A model generated the notes under the pieces. It was not told the DNA's origin and did not search any database. It was given only the letters and a program-made list of their open reading frames with translations. Below are positions 26,501 through 34,072 of a DNA stretch of 64,000 bases, one piece after another. Numbering within the stretch: the stretch's first letter is position 1; every line of letters starts with the position of its first letter. The DNA comes from a virus (taxonomy: Duplodnaviria > Heunggongvirae > Uroviricota > Caudoviricetes). The position numbers and the translations under genes were made by a program. The stretch lies in the IMG/VR virus record IMGVR_UViG_3300029656_000140. One strand, written 5' to 3'.

Positions 26501-29476
26501 AATCCCGGATTTCATCGAGTTAAAAGCTGTGGTCGCCGCGCTCTTAATGCTGTTACTGAGGGACGATACCGTGGATTTCATGGCATTCCAGCCGGAAGAA
26601 ACTACCGATTTGATGCCATTTACTACACCGGAGATCTTGCTGCTGATGGCATTCCAGATGGAAGAAACCGTGGACTGGATCGCAGAAAGGACAGTCGAGA
26701 TGACCGTTTTGATCGCATTCCATGCCGTACTCATCCGGGTCTGGATGCCAGTCAGCAGCGGAGACAGGAACGACACAATGGCGTTCCACACCGTCGTCAC
26801 TGCAGTCTGGATCGCAGTCAGCACCGTGGAGATGGCTGTCTGGATTGCCGACCAAACCGTAGAGAAAGTCGTCTGCAATCCAGTCAGCATTGGAGTCACG
26901 AAGGCAACGATGGCGTTCCAGATGGACGTGATCTTCGTCTGAATTGCGGTCAGTGCTGCGCCGATCAGGATCTGGATCGCCTGCCAGATGGTTTCAAACA
27001 GATATTTGAACGCATCCAGCAAAGGCTTGATGGTGTTATAGATTCCGTTCCATACTGTGGTGATCGTGATGCTGATGGAGTTCATGACCGTAGAGATTGC
27101 GGTCGAGATTGCCATCCACACAGTTGTCACCGTGGTATGGATCGTATTCAGCACGGAAGAAACTGCTGTGGAAATGGCCGTCCAGATGGTGCTGAAAGTC
27201 GTCTGGATACTCGTAAGGACCGTCGTAAAAAAGCTCGAAACTGCTGTGAACACAGTCGTTGCTACACTTTGGATGGTAGAAACCGTGTTTGAAAAGAAGC
27301 TGCTGATTCCGCTCCACACGGTCTCGAAGAAGCTCTTGATACTGCCCCAGACCGTCTGCCAGTCCGTACCGAACAGACCGAGGAACACATCCAGTGCGCT
27401 CTTTAGTGCGGTAAGCGTCGTGGAGAATACAGACTTCACACCGTCCCAGATGCTGGAGAAGATGCCTTTTACTGCTTCCCATGCGCCGCTCCAGTTGCCG
27501 GAGAACACATTGGAAAAGACATCAAATAGACCGAGCAGTGTATCCAGAACCGTACTCAATACCGTAGCCACAATCTGGAACGCTCCCTCAAACAGCGGTG
27601 CAAGCACCTGACAGAAGCCATCCCATACTACCTTCAGTACCTCAGTGACATCCTTAAAATCAAAGCCCAGCCCATTGATCCGCTGTGTCAGCTGGTCGCA
27701 GAAGCCTTTCACCTTGGAAACGATGTCGTTCCAGATGCCGGTAATGGCAGTACGGAACTCCTCGTTGGTGTTCCAGAGATTCATGAACGCCGCCACCAGT
27801 GTACCGACGACCGCCACCACTGCTACGACCGGGCCGGACAGACCACCCAGAACCACACCCAGCTTGCTGAACACACCGCTGGCACTGCCCACATGGGTGA
27901 TAAGAAGCCGGACACCCTTTGCAAGAGAACTGAATCCCCGCATCGCTGTGCCGACGGTCGATATGGTCTTGCCAAGCACAATGAGCAGCGGACCAATGGA
28001 TGCTGCCAGGAGTCCGATCTTGACGATCGTTTCTCTGGTACTTTCATCCATGCTGTTGAGCTTGTCCACGAACTGCTGCACGGCAGATACGATCTTACGG
28101 ATGATCGGCATCAGGATATCGCCAAAAGAAATAGCCAGCTCCTCCAGCTGAGATTTCAGGATGGTGAGCTGACCATTTAAGTTATCCTGCATGGTTTCTG
28201 CCATGCTCTCGGATGCGCCATCGCAGTTTTCAATGGCTCCACGCAGTTTGTTGATGTCCGTCTCGCTGGAATTCATCAGGGCAAGGAAGCCGGACATGGC
28301 ATTCTTGCCGACCAGTGCCTCTGCGTTGGCGGCCTTCTCAGATTCCGACAGCCCGGAGAATGCCACACGGCAGTCCGCAAGGATGTCGTTCAGGCTTCTC
28401 ATGCTGCCATCTGCGTTGCTGGTCGCAATCGTAACCTCACCGATGTTCTTGCCCACAAAGGTCACTTCACCGGAAAGGTTGTTCATGATGGTACGAAGGG
28501 AAGTACCAGCCTGTGAAGCCTTGATACCACTGTTTGCCATCAAACCGATGGCTTCTGCGGTATCCTCTGCCGAGAACCCCAGTGCACCGGCGATAGGTGC
28601 GCAGTACTTGAACGTCTCGCCCATCATGGAGACATTGGTGTTCGCATTGGAGGAAGCGGCTGCAAGAATATCTGCAAAATGCCCGGAATCCTCAGCAGAT
28701 AAGCCGAAAGCAGTAAGAGCATCGGTTACGATATCCGAAGTCGTGGCGAGGTCTTCACCCGAAGCGGCCGCGAGGTTCATGACGCCCTCGATGCCGTTCA
28801 GCATGTCAGAAGTCTTCCATCCGGCCATGGCCATGTATTCCATCGCCGAAGCTGCCTCGGATGCAGAGAACTTGGTCTTTGCACCCATCTCACGGGCTTT
28901 CGCTCGGAGCTGGTCAAAGTCATCCCCGGTCGCACCGGAAATGGCAGAGACCTTACTCATCTCGGAATCAAAATCGGCTGCGGTCTTCACTGCGGCAGTG
29001 CCAAGACCCGTCACAGCGGCAGTCACCGGAAGGAACTTCTTGCCTACATTCTCCACAGAAGATCCGATGTTCTGGAGCTTTTCTCCAGCTTCATCGATTT
29101 TGGCAAGAGTCGCATTGGTAGTAGCCGCCTGATCCTGTAAGGATCGCAGATTCTGTTCGGTCTCCACGATCTCACGCTGAAGAGCATCGTACTGCTGCTG
29201 GGTGATCTCACCATTGGCAAGCTGCTCATTGGCCTGCTGTGCGGCAGTCTTCAGAGTTGCCAGCTTTTCCTTGGTAGCTTCAATGGCATCCTTAAGCATC
29301 TTCTGCTTCTGGACGACCAGTTCTGTATTGGAAGGGTCCAGTTTCAGGAGTTTGTTGACATCCTTCAGTCCGGACTGCGTCCCCTTGATTGACTTGTTTA
29401 CACTTTCCAGTGCTTTGGAGAGCTTTGTGGTATCGCCGCCAATCTCAACGGTGATGCCCTGGATTCTGGATGCCAT
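23567..29476 (-). CDS. tail tape measure protein (1970 aa)
   Basis: The N-terminus is TP901-type (MASRIQGITVEIGGDTTKLSKALESV). The protein is long and repetitive. ATG at 29476 follows the RBS AAGGAGGTGG. Confidence 0.9.
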   Translation of the reverse strand: MASRIQGITVEIGGDTTKLSKALESVNKSIKGTQSGLKDVNKLLKLDPSNTELVVQKQKMLKDAIEATKEKLATLKTAAQQANEQLANGEITQQQYDALQREIVETEQNLRSLQDQAATTNATLAKIDEAGEKLQNIGSSVENVGKKFLPVTAAVTGLGTAAVKTAADFDSEMSKVSAISGATGDDFDQLRAKAREMGAKTKFSASEAASAMEYMAMAGWKTSDMLNGIEGVMNLAAASGEDLATTSDIVTDALTAFGLSAEDSGHFADILAAASSNANTNVSMMGETFKYCAPIAGALGFSAEDTAEAIGLMANSGIKASQAGTSLRTIMNNLSGEVTFVGKNIGEVTIATSNADGSMRSLNDILADCRVAFSGLSESEKAANAEALVGKNAMSGFLALMNSSETDINKLRGAIENCDGASESMAETMQDNLNGQLTILKSQLEELAISFGDILMPIIRKIVSAVQQFVDKLNSMDESTRETIVKIGLLAASIGPLLIVLGKTISTVGTAMRGFSSLAKGVRLLITHVGSASGVFSKLGVVLGGLSGPVVAVVAVVGTLVAAFMNLWNTNEEFRTAITGIWNDIVSKVKGFCDQLTQRINGLGFDFKDVTEVLKVVWDGFCQVLAPLFEGAFQIVATVLSTVLDTLLGLFDVFSNVFSGNWSGAWEAVKGIFSSIWDGVKSVFSTTLTALKSALDVFLGLFGTDWQTVWGSIKSFFETVWSGISSFFSNTVSTIQSVATTVFTAVSSFFTTVLTSIQTTFSTIWTAISTAVSSVLNTIHTTVTTVWMAISTAISTVMNSISITITTVWNGIYNTIKPLLDAFKYLFETIWQAIQILIGAALTAIQTKITSIWNAIVAFVTPMLTGLQTTFSTVWSAIQTAISTVLTAIQTAVTTVWNAIVSFLSPLLTGIQTRMSTAWNAIKTVISTVLSAIQSTVSSIWNAISSKISGVVNGIKSVVSSGWNAMKSTVSSLSNSIKSAATTAFNSMKSGISSTISGIKSTITNGFNSAVSFIKGLAGQAFSWGSDMIGNIVSGIQSRIQDVASAVSGVADRIRSFLHFSVPDEGPLADMESWMPDFMQGLANGITTNTSLVTAAAENLSTTLSTSITNSMRGVEQAYSKSWAAISQTVKTGTAGVSAAMRSAWSSITTSTASTWNTIKSSIQNSFSAVKSNVTSATAAVKTSMTSAWNAVKSLTTTSWNGIKTVITTAWNGIKSLTTSASASVKTSMTSAWNAVKNLTNTSWNGIKTVITTAWNSIKSLTASSVSAVRSTVTSGWNTLKSTTTSAFNSIKSTVSSAMSSLRSTVSSGVASIRSSFNSLGSIASSAYRWGADICSQMASGVRAAAGSVIAAAENVASRVRSLLHFSVPDEGPLSDADTYMPDFMKLLATGIKKNVKSVVKAVQGLAGSMSNNLTTPVDSLGDWMDSVVGSFATTIKKSQSGIGSAARDVGSGIQSQLMSGLSGLKTQFQQIWTDLQGITKTAVGGMSDEVKQGFADMKDSVGELSSQTSSLGNAIRSLGDTFNSDFLKSLGNGISKVGDTVNTVTGLVDKLGSMKNTIGNLGNTMQNLGNVLGTENGGGLLSNIGDFLSKIGSADGGQIVSKFGNLISGLTSKMGGLGEGISGIISKLGSLGSSGGGILSNLGGLLSGVVSKIGGLGGSLSGIVSSIGSSLGGIAGTVGTTLSGLLGSVGTTVSGLAAGAGTALAGVASSAGGFLASAGTALAGLAGPAGIAVAAVGGIGLGLTALWKNCDGFREGVTNIWNKVTSAFSNGVNVIKNGISNAASAIGNVASSIWGGIKNVASSAVSWGKDIVGGIAGGIKKGVSWVGNAVKSVANGIRSFLHFSVPDEGPLADADTYMPDFMKLLSGGIKKGEGGLISQIRSMAAKVQQGMEGISSFSLPELTLPHFDGSGWNFPQAALAGGGTTRTTNLGGVYITVNGYNARNDDELAQTVADKINGMIHEDDSVFK
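23887..26320 (-). repeat. three dispersed intragenic direct repeats (~85 bp) inside the tape measure gene
   Basis: The DNA catgaagtc(c/g)ggcat...ggtccttcatc(c/t)gg(c/t)acagagaa(g/a)tgca occurs at 23887-23975, 25321-25400 and 26240-26320. Each copy encodes LHFSVPDEGPLxDxxxxMPDFM. Confidence 0.8.
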
Positions 29477-29619
29477 TTGCGTAACCACCTCCTTGCAGGC
29501 ATGAAAAAAGCCCATCTGCACGAAGCAGACAGGCTAAAGGAAAAAATGCTATTAGCTGTGTATCAAAGTCATCCTTTCAGCATACAATATATTTATCAGT
29601 AAATTTATCGACTAACCGG

Positions 29620-29648
29620 TTGATATTTTTGCAAACGTGTGCTATAAT
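29620..29648 (+). promoter_or_regulatory. near-consensus sigma-70 promoter for the TA moron (TTGATA, 17 bp, TGcTATAAT)
   Basis: ttgata (29620-25), a 17-nt spacer, then tataat (29643-48) preceded by TGc. It is followed by the RBS AAAGGAG. Confidence 0.6.
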
Positions 29649-29674
29649 GCAATCAAAGAAAGGAGTTGACGATT

Positions 29675-29998
29675 ATGGCTTCTGTTATGAGTGCTATTAC
29701 TAACACTGTTCCAATCACCCAATTCAACCGTGGTCTTGCCGGAAAAATATTTGAAGATGTCAAGCAGTGCGGTGCCAAGGTTGTTATGAAAAACAATGCT
29801 GCCGAATGCGTTCTCATCTCCCCGGACGAATATGTCCGTTTAATGGATGAATTAAATGATGCTCGTCTGCTGGCTGTTGCTTCTGAACGTATGGCACACT
29901 TTGATCCCACCTCTTTGATTTCTGAGGAAGAAATGAACCGCCGTCTCGGTGTTACAGAAGACGATCTCGCCGGTTTTGACGAGGTAGAAATCGAATGA
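29675..29998 (+). CDS. Phd/YefM-family antitoxin
   Basis: The sequence VPITQFNRGLAGKIFEDV...VVMKNNAAECVLISPDEYVRLMDEL is typical Phd/YefM. Its stop overlaps the toxin start in ATGA. Confidence 0.8.
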   Translation: MASVMSAITNTVPITQFNRGLAGKIFEDVKQCGAKVVMKNNAAECVLISPDEYVRLMDELNDARLLAVASERMAHFDPTSLISEEEMNRRLGVTEDDLAGFDEVEIE

Positions 29999-30330
29999 GC
30001 TGGAAAGTTGAATACCTCCCTGAAGCAGAAAAAGACCTCAAAGGTTTAGATGGTAGCCAGCGCAATCTTGTTCTGAAAGCCATCAAAAAAGTTCAGCAAA
30101 ATCCACTGCCTGTTGATGAACAGGGCTACGGCAAACCGCTCGGCAATCACAACAGCACTAACCTTGCAGGACTTCTGAAAATCAAACTCCGCTCTGCGGG
30201 TCTGCGCATTGTCTATCAGCTTCGACGTACTGAGACATCTATGATGATTATTGTCATTGGAGTCCGTGCTGATGAAGAAGTGTACGAACTTGCCCAGAAG
30301 AGAGTTCTGAAGCACGAAAAGTCCGATTGA
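29995..30330 (+). CDS. RelE/ParE-family toxin
   Basis: LKIKLRSAGLRIVYQLRRTETSMMIIVIGVRADEEVY matches the RelE/ParE core. Confidence 0.8.
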   Translation: MSWKVEYLPEAEKDLKGLDGSQRNLVLKAIKKVQQNPLPVDEQGYGKPLGNHNSTNLAGLLKIKLRSAGLRIVYQLRRTETSMMIIVIGVRADEEVYELAQKRVLKHEKSD

Positions 30331-30430
30331 CTTTTTCTGCCTAATCGACTATACTTTGATGATGATCAGGTTTCGGTAACCTTGCGAGGTCCGATACCGG
30401 GAAGATGACCTTCGGGCCACCTTCTTTCTC

Positions 30431-30462
30431 CCCCAGTTGTGCACGGCTGGGGGATTTTTTAT
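30431..30462 (+). terminator. intrinsic terminator after the TA operon
   Basis: cccccag-ttgtgcacgg-ctggggg followed by atttttt. Confidence 0.7.
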
Positions 30463-30475
30463 ACCCATCACCAGA

Positions 30476-30532
30476 CGATTGTGCTTATTTCGTTCACAAT
30501 ATAAGCACGGTCGTCTGTTTTTTGCTTTAGAA
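30476..30532 (+). terminator. second long hairpin plus T6 (back-up terminator)
   Basis: cagacgattgtgcttat...ataagcacggtcgtctg forms a ~17-bp stem with 2 mismatches, followed by tttttt. Confidence 0.5.
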
Positions 30533-30718
30533 TCGGTCAAAGTCCGCCTGACTTGCCAGTTCCTTGTACGGATAATCGTCATTCTGCCGTTCTGTGAACA
30601 TATCATTGACCAACCCGATGGTCAGCAGGTCTAGGTCGGCAATGCTGATACCGAGCTGTACACAACGCAGCAGAAAGAGCGGGGTGGTCATTTCCCGCTC
30701 ACTTTTGCGAGGTTTTTT
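30527..30718 (-). CDS. gpT-like extension reached by a -1 programmed frameshift (G-T fusion)
   Basis: The mRNA heptamer A_AAA_AAC (rc of 30712-30718) is in frame as AGA AAA AAC. The -1 frame stays open for ~60 codons to 30527. A possible stimulatory hairpin AGCGGG...CCCGCU lies ~12 nt downstream. Confidence 0.55.
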   Translation of the reverse strand, partial: KKPRKSEREMTTPLFLLRCVQLGISIADLDLLTIGLVNDMFTERQNDDYPYKELASQADFDRF

Positions 30719-31068
30719 CTGGATTCCACCTCCGTCTGCACATTCAGACCCCACAGTTCGATCAGCTGGGGCAGAATCTGGTAGATGGAAAATGTGTTAA
30801 ACTGGTCAAGGAACTCCTCCGGGCTGTCCGGCACATTGGCCGGGTCTGCATGACGGGCCATCAGCCATGCCAGGTCCTCAAACATTTCCAGACTGAACAG
30901 GTCGAGGTTGGAATTGTCCTCGTCGTTCTCTCCCACGCTCTTTTCCAGCTGGCGCAGGTCCTTGTAGATGTCACGGCCAAACTTGATGCGGTACAGGCGA
31001 GGCACAGCGGCACTTGCCTTAAAGGTGACTTCCTTGCCATCGATCTCAATTTTCTTTGTAACTGCCAT
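30688..31068 (-). CDS. tail assembly chaperone (gpG-like)
   Basis: A 126-aa acidic protein between the major tail and tape measure genes. RBS GGAGGA. It ends in a slippery site. Confidence 0.65.
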   Translation of the reverse strand: MAVTKKIEIDGKEVTFKASAAVPRLYRIKFGRDIYKDLRQLEKSVGENDEDNSNLDLFSLEMFEDLAWLMARHADPANVPDSPEEFLDQFNTFSIYQILPQLIELWGLNVQTEVESRKNLAKVSGK

Positions 31069-31101
31069 AATCGTAATCCTCCATAAATTTCATGTAAAAT
31101 T

Positions 31102-31121
31102 GGCAGAGCCGAAGCCCTGCC
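31102..31121 (-). promoter_or_regulatory. UUCG-tetraloop hairpin downstream of the SPFH gene (copy 2 of a duplicated element)
   Basis: The transcript GGCAGGGC-UUCG-GCUCUGCC is followed by CAAUUUUAC. The 18-nt core gcagagccgaagccctgc is identical to 31989-32006. Confidence 0.55.
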
Positions 31122-31135
31122 GTATATCGTGTTTC

Positions 31136-31963
31136 TTACTCTGCCGGGTCAATGCTGACCAGTGCATTACCGCCACTCACAGTGGGCAGCTTTCCATCCC
31201 ACTTCTGAACCTTCTGGTAATCGATCAGCGTATCGGACAGGCTTTCTGCCAGTTTGCGGTTTGCCTCTGCCTGTGCTTCTGCGGCAATAGAAGTCTTCTG
31301 GGCTTCCGCCTCTGCATTGGTGATCGCCACCTGCTTATCCGCTTCTGCCTTGGCAATAGCAGCTTCATTCTCGATCTTCTGCTTATCTGCGTTCTGCTGT
31401 GCAATGGACTTCTGCTGGATGGCTTCGTTGTAGGCATCCTCGAAATTCATGTCGTTGATGACGACCTTGTTCACAAACACAACGTCCTCGCCATACTTCT
31501 GCACAAGAGATTCTGCCAGCTTCTGCTGTGCCAGAGGCTCGATCTTGGTGCGGTTCGTCACCTCATTGGGGGCAAGTTCAGCCATCGCAGACTTGATTGC
31601 CGATGCCACCAGCTCGTCACCGACCAGATTCTTGATGTCTGACACATTCGCATACAGCCATGCACTCTTCTCAGGAAGCACCTGATAGGTCACGATGACA
31701 TCAGCGGCATACACAGGAGTCTTGTCGGAGGCTTCGCCCCAGACCTGTGCTTCGATGTGTTTATCCTGCTGCTTGTTGTTGACCTTGTGAATGCTCTGCA
31801 CAAAGGGGATGCAGAAGTTGAGCTTGCCGCTCTGGATGGTGGTCTCCTGGATCTGGCCGAAGCTGGTCTTCACGCCCGTGTAACCGGTGGGGATGATGTG
31901 GAACGAGCAGACAGCCAGTACCAGAACGATGATCACTGCGAACAAAGGAAAAATCTTCTTCAT
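31136..31963 (-). CDS. membrane-anchored SPFH/band-7 (prohibitin/stomatin-like) protein; moron in the tail module
   Basis: N-terminal transmembrane helix MKKIFPLFAVIIVLVLAV, then an SPFH domain and a coiled coil (AEAEAQKTSIAAEAQAEANRK). RBS AAAGAGG. ATG at 31963. Confidence 0.8.
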   Translation of the reverse strand: MKKIFPLFAVIIVLVLAVCSFHIIPTGYTGVKTSFGQIQETTIQSGKLNFCIPFVQSIHKVNNKQQDKHIEAQVWGEASDKTPVYAADVIVTYQVLPEKSAWLYANVSDIKNLVGDELVASAIKSAMAELAPNEVTNRTKIEPLAQQKLAESLVQKYGEDVVFVNKVVINDMNFEDAYNEAIQQKSIAQQNADKQKIENEAAIAKAEADKQVAITNAEAEAQKTSIAAEAQAEANRKLAESLSDTLIDYQKVQKWDGKLPTVSGGNALVSIDPAE

Positions 31964-31988
31964 AATCGTATACCTCTTTATAATAATG

Positions 31989-32008
31989 TAAGCAGAGCCG
32001 AAGCCCTG
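31989..32008 (-). promoter_or_regulatory. UUCG-tetraloop hairpin downstream of the major tail protein gene (copy 1)
   Basis: The same 18-nt core gcagagccgaagccctgc is followed by an AU-rich run. Confidence 0.55.
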
Positions 32009-32025
32009 CAGTGTGTGTCGGTCAC

Positions 32026-32640
32026 TTAGCCCTGCGGCTCCTCGGTGTGACTGGTGTCTTCGGTGTCCACAGCTTCCGCCTGCGGCTCGTAGACCGCATC
32101 GTACCACTTGTTATAGACATCATCGGTGGTGTTGGTACCGGTCTTCGCCTTGACATAACCGTTTGCCAGAGGGGTTGCCTGCAGGTTCAGGGTGTCCGTC
32201 TTGACTTCCTTGCTGTCCTCATTGGTCTCACCCTCGATAGACGGACGGCTTGCCACACAGTTGTACAGCACATGACGGATGTGACGCTGGTCGCCATCAA
32301 ACTCGAACAGAAAAGCAAAATGCTCCAGTTCCACATTGGCGTTCTCTGCAAGCACGCCGTTGCCATCCAGCTCCTCGTGCATAATGTCCGTGAGGAAGCT
32401 CTCCGGGATCAGCGCGATCTCCAGATCACCCTCGTAGCCGGAGTTGTTATTCACGACATAGTAGGCGATGTTGTCCGCATAGAACGGTTCAATCTCGCCA
32501 TTGGCATCCATAGAAAGACTGACTGCACCGGGGATGCGGACCGGCTTTGCATAGGTGACACTGCCATCTTCGTCAAAGGTCGCCTTGGCATAATGGCAGT
32601 TTTTCAGGCCAAATTTGACCTTATTGCTTTGCTTCGACAT
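32026..32640 (-). CDS. major tail protein
   Basis: Its position, ~200-aa size and siphovirus major-tail-like sequence fit. RBS AGGAGGAA. An expression-boosting hairpin follows it. Confidence 0.75.
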   Translation of the reverse strand: MSKQSNKVKFGLKNCHYAKATFDEDGSVTYAKPVRIPGAVSLSMDANGEIEPFYADNIAYYVVNNNSGYEGDLEIALIPESFLTDIMHEELDGNGVLAENANVELEHFAFLFEFDGDQRHIRHVLYNCVASRPSIEGETNEDSKEVKTDTLNLQATPLANGYVKAKTGTNTTDDVYNKWYDAVYEPQAEAVDTEDTSHTEEPQG

Positions 32641-32671
32641 AGGTTATTCCTCCTATCGTCCTGCGGCTGGC

Positions 32672-32989
32672 TTATACGGTCAGCTCATACAGGACTTCAT
32701 ACATCTTTTCGGTTTCGATCCAGACCTCGCTTTTCTCATAGTAGAGTTCGTGTGCGGTCAGGACTTCTTCAATGCTTGCTTCCATATCCGGGTCTTTGTA
32801 ATCGGTGTACACCTCAATGTCCAGCCGGTTGAAATGGTGGTACACAAGGTTGTCCGCACCGAAATTCTCGGCTTTCGGATACAGGAAGCAGATAAACGGT
32901 GGATCAGGGCTCTCCCCTTCTGCGAAATGGTCATACGCATAAGGAAGCCCCATCTCCTCCATCAGAGCTTTTACTTCTTCGTGGGTCAT
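32672..32989 (-). CDS. small tail-associated hypothetical protein (tail terminator/DUF3168-like position)
   Basis: Gene order and the RBS AAGGAGAAA support it. Confidence 0.45.
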   Translation of the reverse strand: MTHEEVKALMEEMGLPYAYDHFAEGESPDPPFICFLYPKAENFGADNLVYHHFNRLDIEVYTDYKDPDMEASIEEVLTAHELYYEKSEVWIETEKMYEVLYELTV

Positions 32990-32999
32990 TGGTTTCTCC

Positions 33000-33377
33000 T
33001 TACTTTAGTGCCTTTTCGATGAGAGACTGGAGCTGCTCGATGCCGGCCTGCTCTGCCGGAGCGATATGGGGTCTTCCTGCCACCCGTCCGCCGCCGCGCT
33101 TGGCATGACCTTTTTCCAGCAGATGTGCCAGCTGGTAGCGGTTCTTGGAATGCACCACCATCTGAAGGCTCTGGCTGGATTCGGACTGTTTGGTCGCCAC
33201 CCAGCTTCCTTTGTATGCACCCGTTCTGGACGGTGCATTGGCCGAGATCTGGTCTTTGACCGTTTTGGCAGACTTACGGACAGCACTCTTCACCTGCGTA
33301 GAAGCAAGGGTCGCATATTCTTTTAAGCCCTCGTTGATGGCATCTGCCATCTCATCAATGCTGACGGTTCTGCTCAT
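33000..33377 (-). CDS. HK97 gp10-family tail-component protein
   Basis: The C-terminal region GHAKRGGGRVAGRPHIAPA is typical of the HK97 gp10 family. Confidence 0.65.
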   Translation of the reverse strand: MSRTVSIDEMADAINEGLKEYATLASTQVKSAVRKSAKTVKDQISANAPSRTGAYKGSWVATKQSESSQSLQMVVHSKNRYQLAHLLEKGHAKRGGGRVAGRPHIAPAEQAGIEQLQSLIEKALK

Positions 33378-33708
33378 CCGGCTGCCTCCTTTCCAGTCTG
33401 CAATGAATCTTCAGGATCTTCTTCTGATAGTTCATCGGGTCAACGGATTCGATATTGTAGAGCTGATCTCGGAAGCGGATGCGGTAACCTGTTGATGTGA
33501 GATTTCTGGTCTCACTGCACCAGCGAACTGTAAACACCACGCTCTTCTGTTCGGCTGTGACCTCACCTTCTTCTTCCTGTGCCTGATAGGTCGAAGCGTA
33601 GGCAAAGCAGGTGAAATATTCCTCCCATGTGTTCCGATGGTTTCCGACCTTATCGGTCACGACCGTGCTTTTCTCGATTGTGATCCGCTCATTCAGTTTC
33701 TCGATCAT
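33355..33708 (-). CDS. head-closure / head-tail adaptor protein
   Basis: Position and size match head-closure proteins. Confidence 0.55.
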   Translation of the reverse strand: MIEKLNERITIEKSTVVTDKVGNHRNTWEEYFTCFAYASTYQAQEEEGEVTAEQKSVVFTVRWCSETRNLTSTGYRIRFRDQLYNIESVDPMNYQKKILKIHCRLERRQPDEQNRQH

Positions 33709-34046
33709 CAGAACACCCCCTCCCTCACAGCAAACAGAATGGAACGAAGCGTCAGCATCAGCTGCTTATGGTCGGCTTCGTCCCGGTGCTCATAGAGATA
33801 TCCCAGTGCATACAGAATCGCCACACGGCAGGTGCTGCGCAGGGCTTCCAGTTCCCTTGTGGGCTGTACTCCGTTCTCGGCATCCCGGTCAGCGGCATTA
33901 ACTGCCTCCCACTGGTCTTCCGATAAACGTCCCACGTCCTTACACATCTGCTCCGCAGAAGATAAAAGGATGCCGATCAGGGCATCCTCATCGCTGCTGT
34001 CCACGCGGAGATAGGTCTTCGCTTCGTAAAGCGGGATCAGTGCCAT
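33708..34046 (-). CDS. head-tail connector (gp6-like) protein
   Basis: It sits immediately after the major capsid gene. RBS AAGGAGGAG. Confidence 0.6.
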   Translation of the reverse strand: MALIPLYEAKTYLRVDSSDEDALIGILLSSAEQMCKDVGRLSEDQWEAVNAADRDAENGVQPTRELEALRSTCRVAILYALGYLYEHRDEADHKQLMLTLRSILFAVREGVF

Positions 34047-34072
34047 AATCGGCTCCTCCTTTCCAGACTTTC

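Noticed and set aside
23907-29132. Several long plus-strand ORFs (for example 23907-24683, 25539-26357, 26300-27292, 28191-29132)
   Set aside because: They are antisense to the tape measure gene and Pro/Ala/Thr-rich because they mirror repetitive codons.
30349-30606. 85-aa minus-strand ORF downstream of the TA module
   Set aside because: It overlaps the two terminator hairpins and is Arg-rich and non-protein-like. The region is better explained as terminators.
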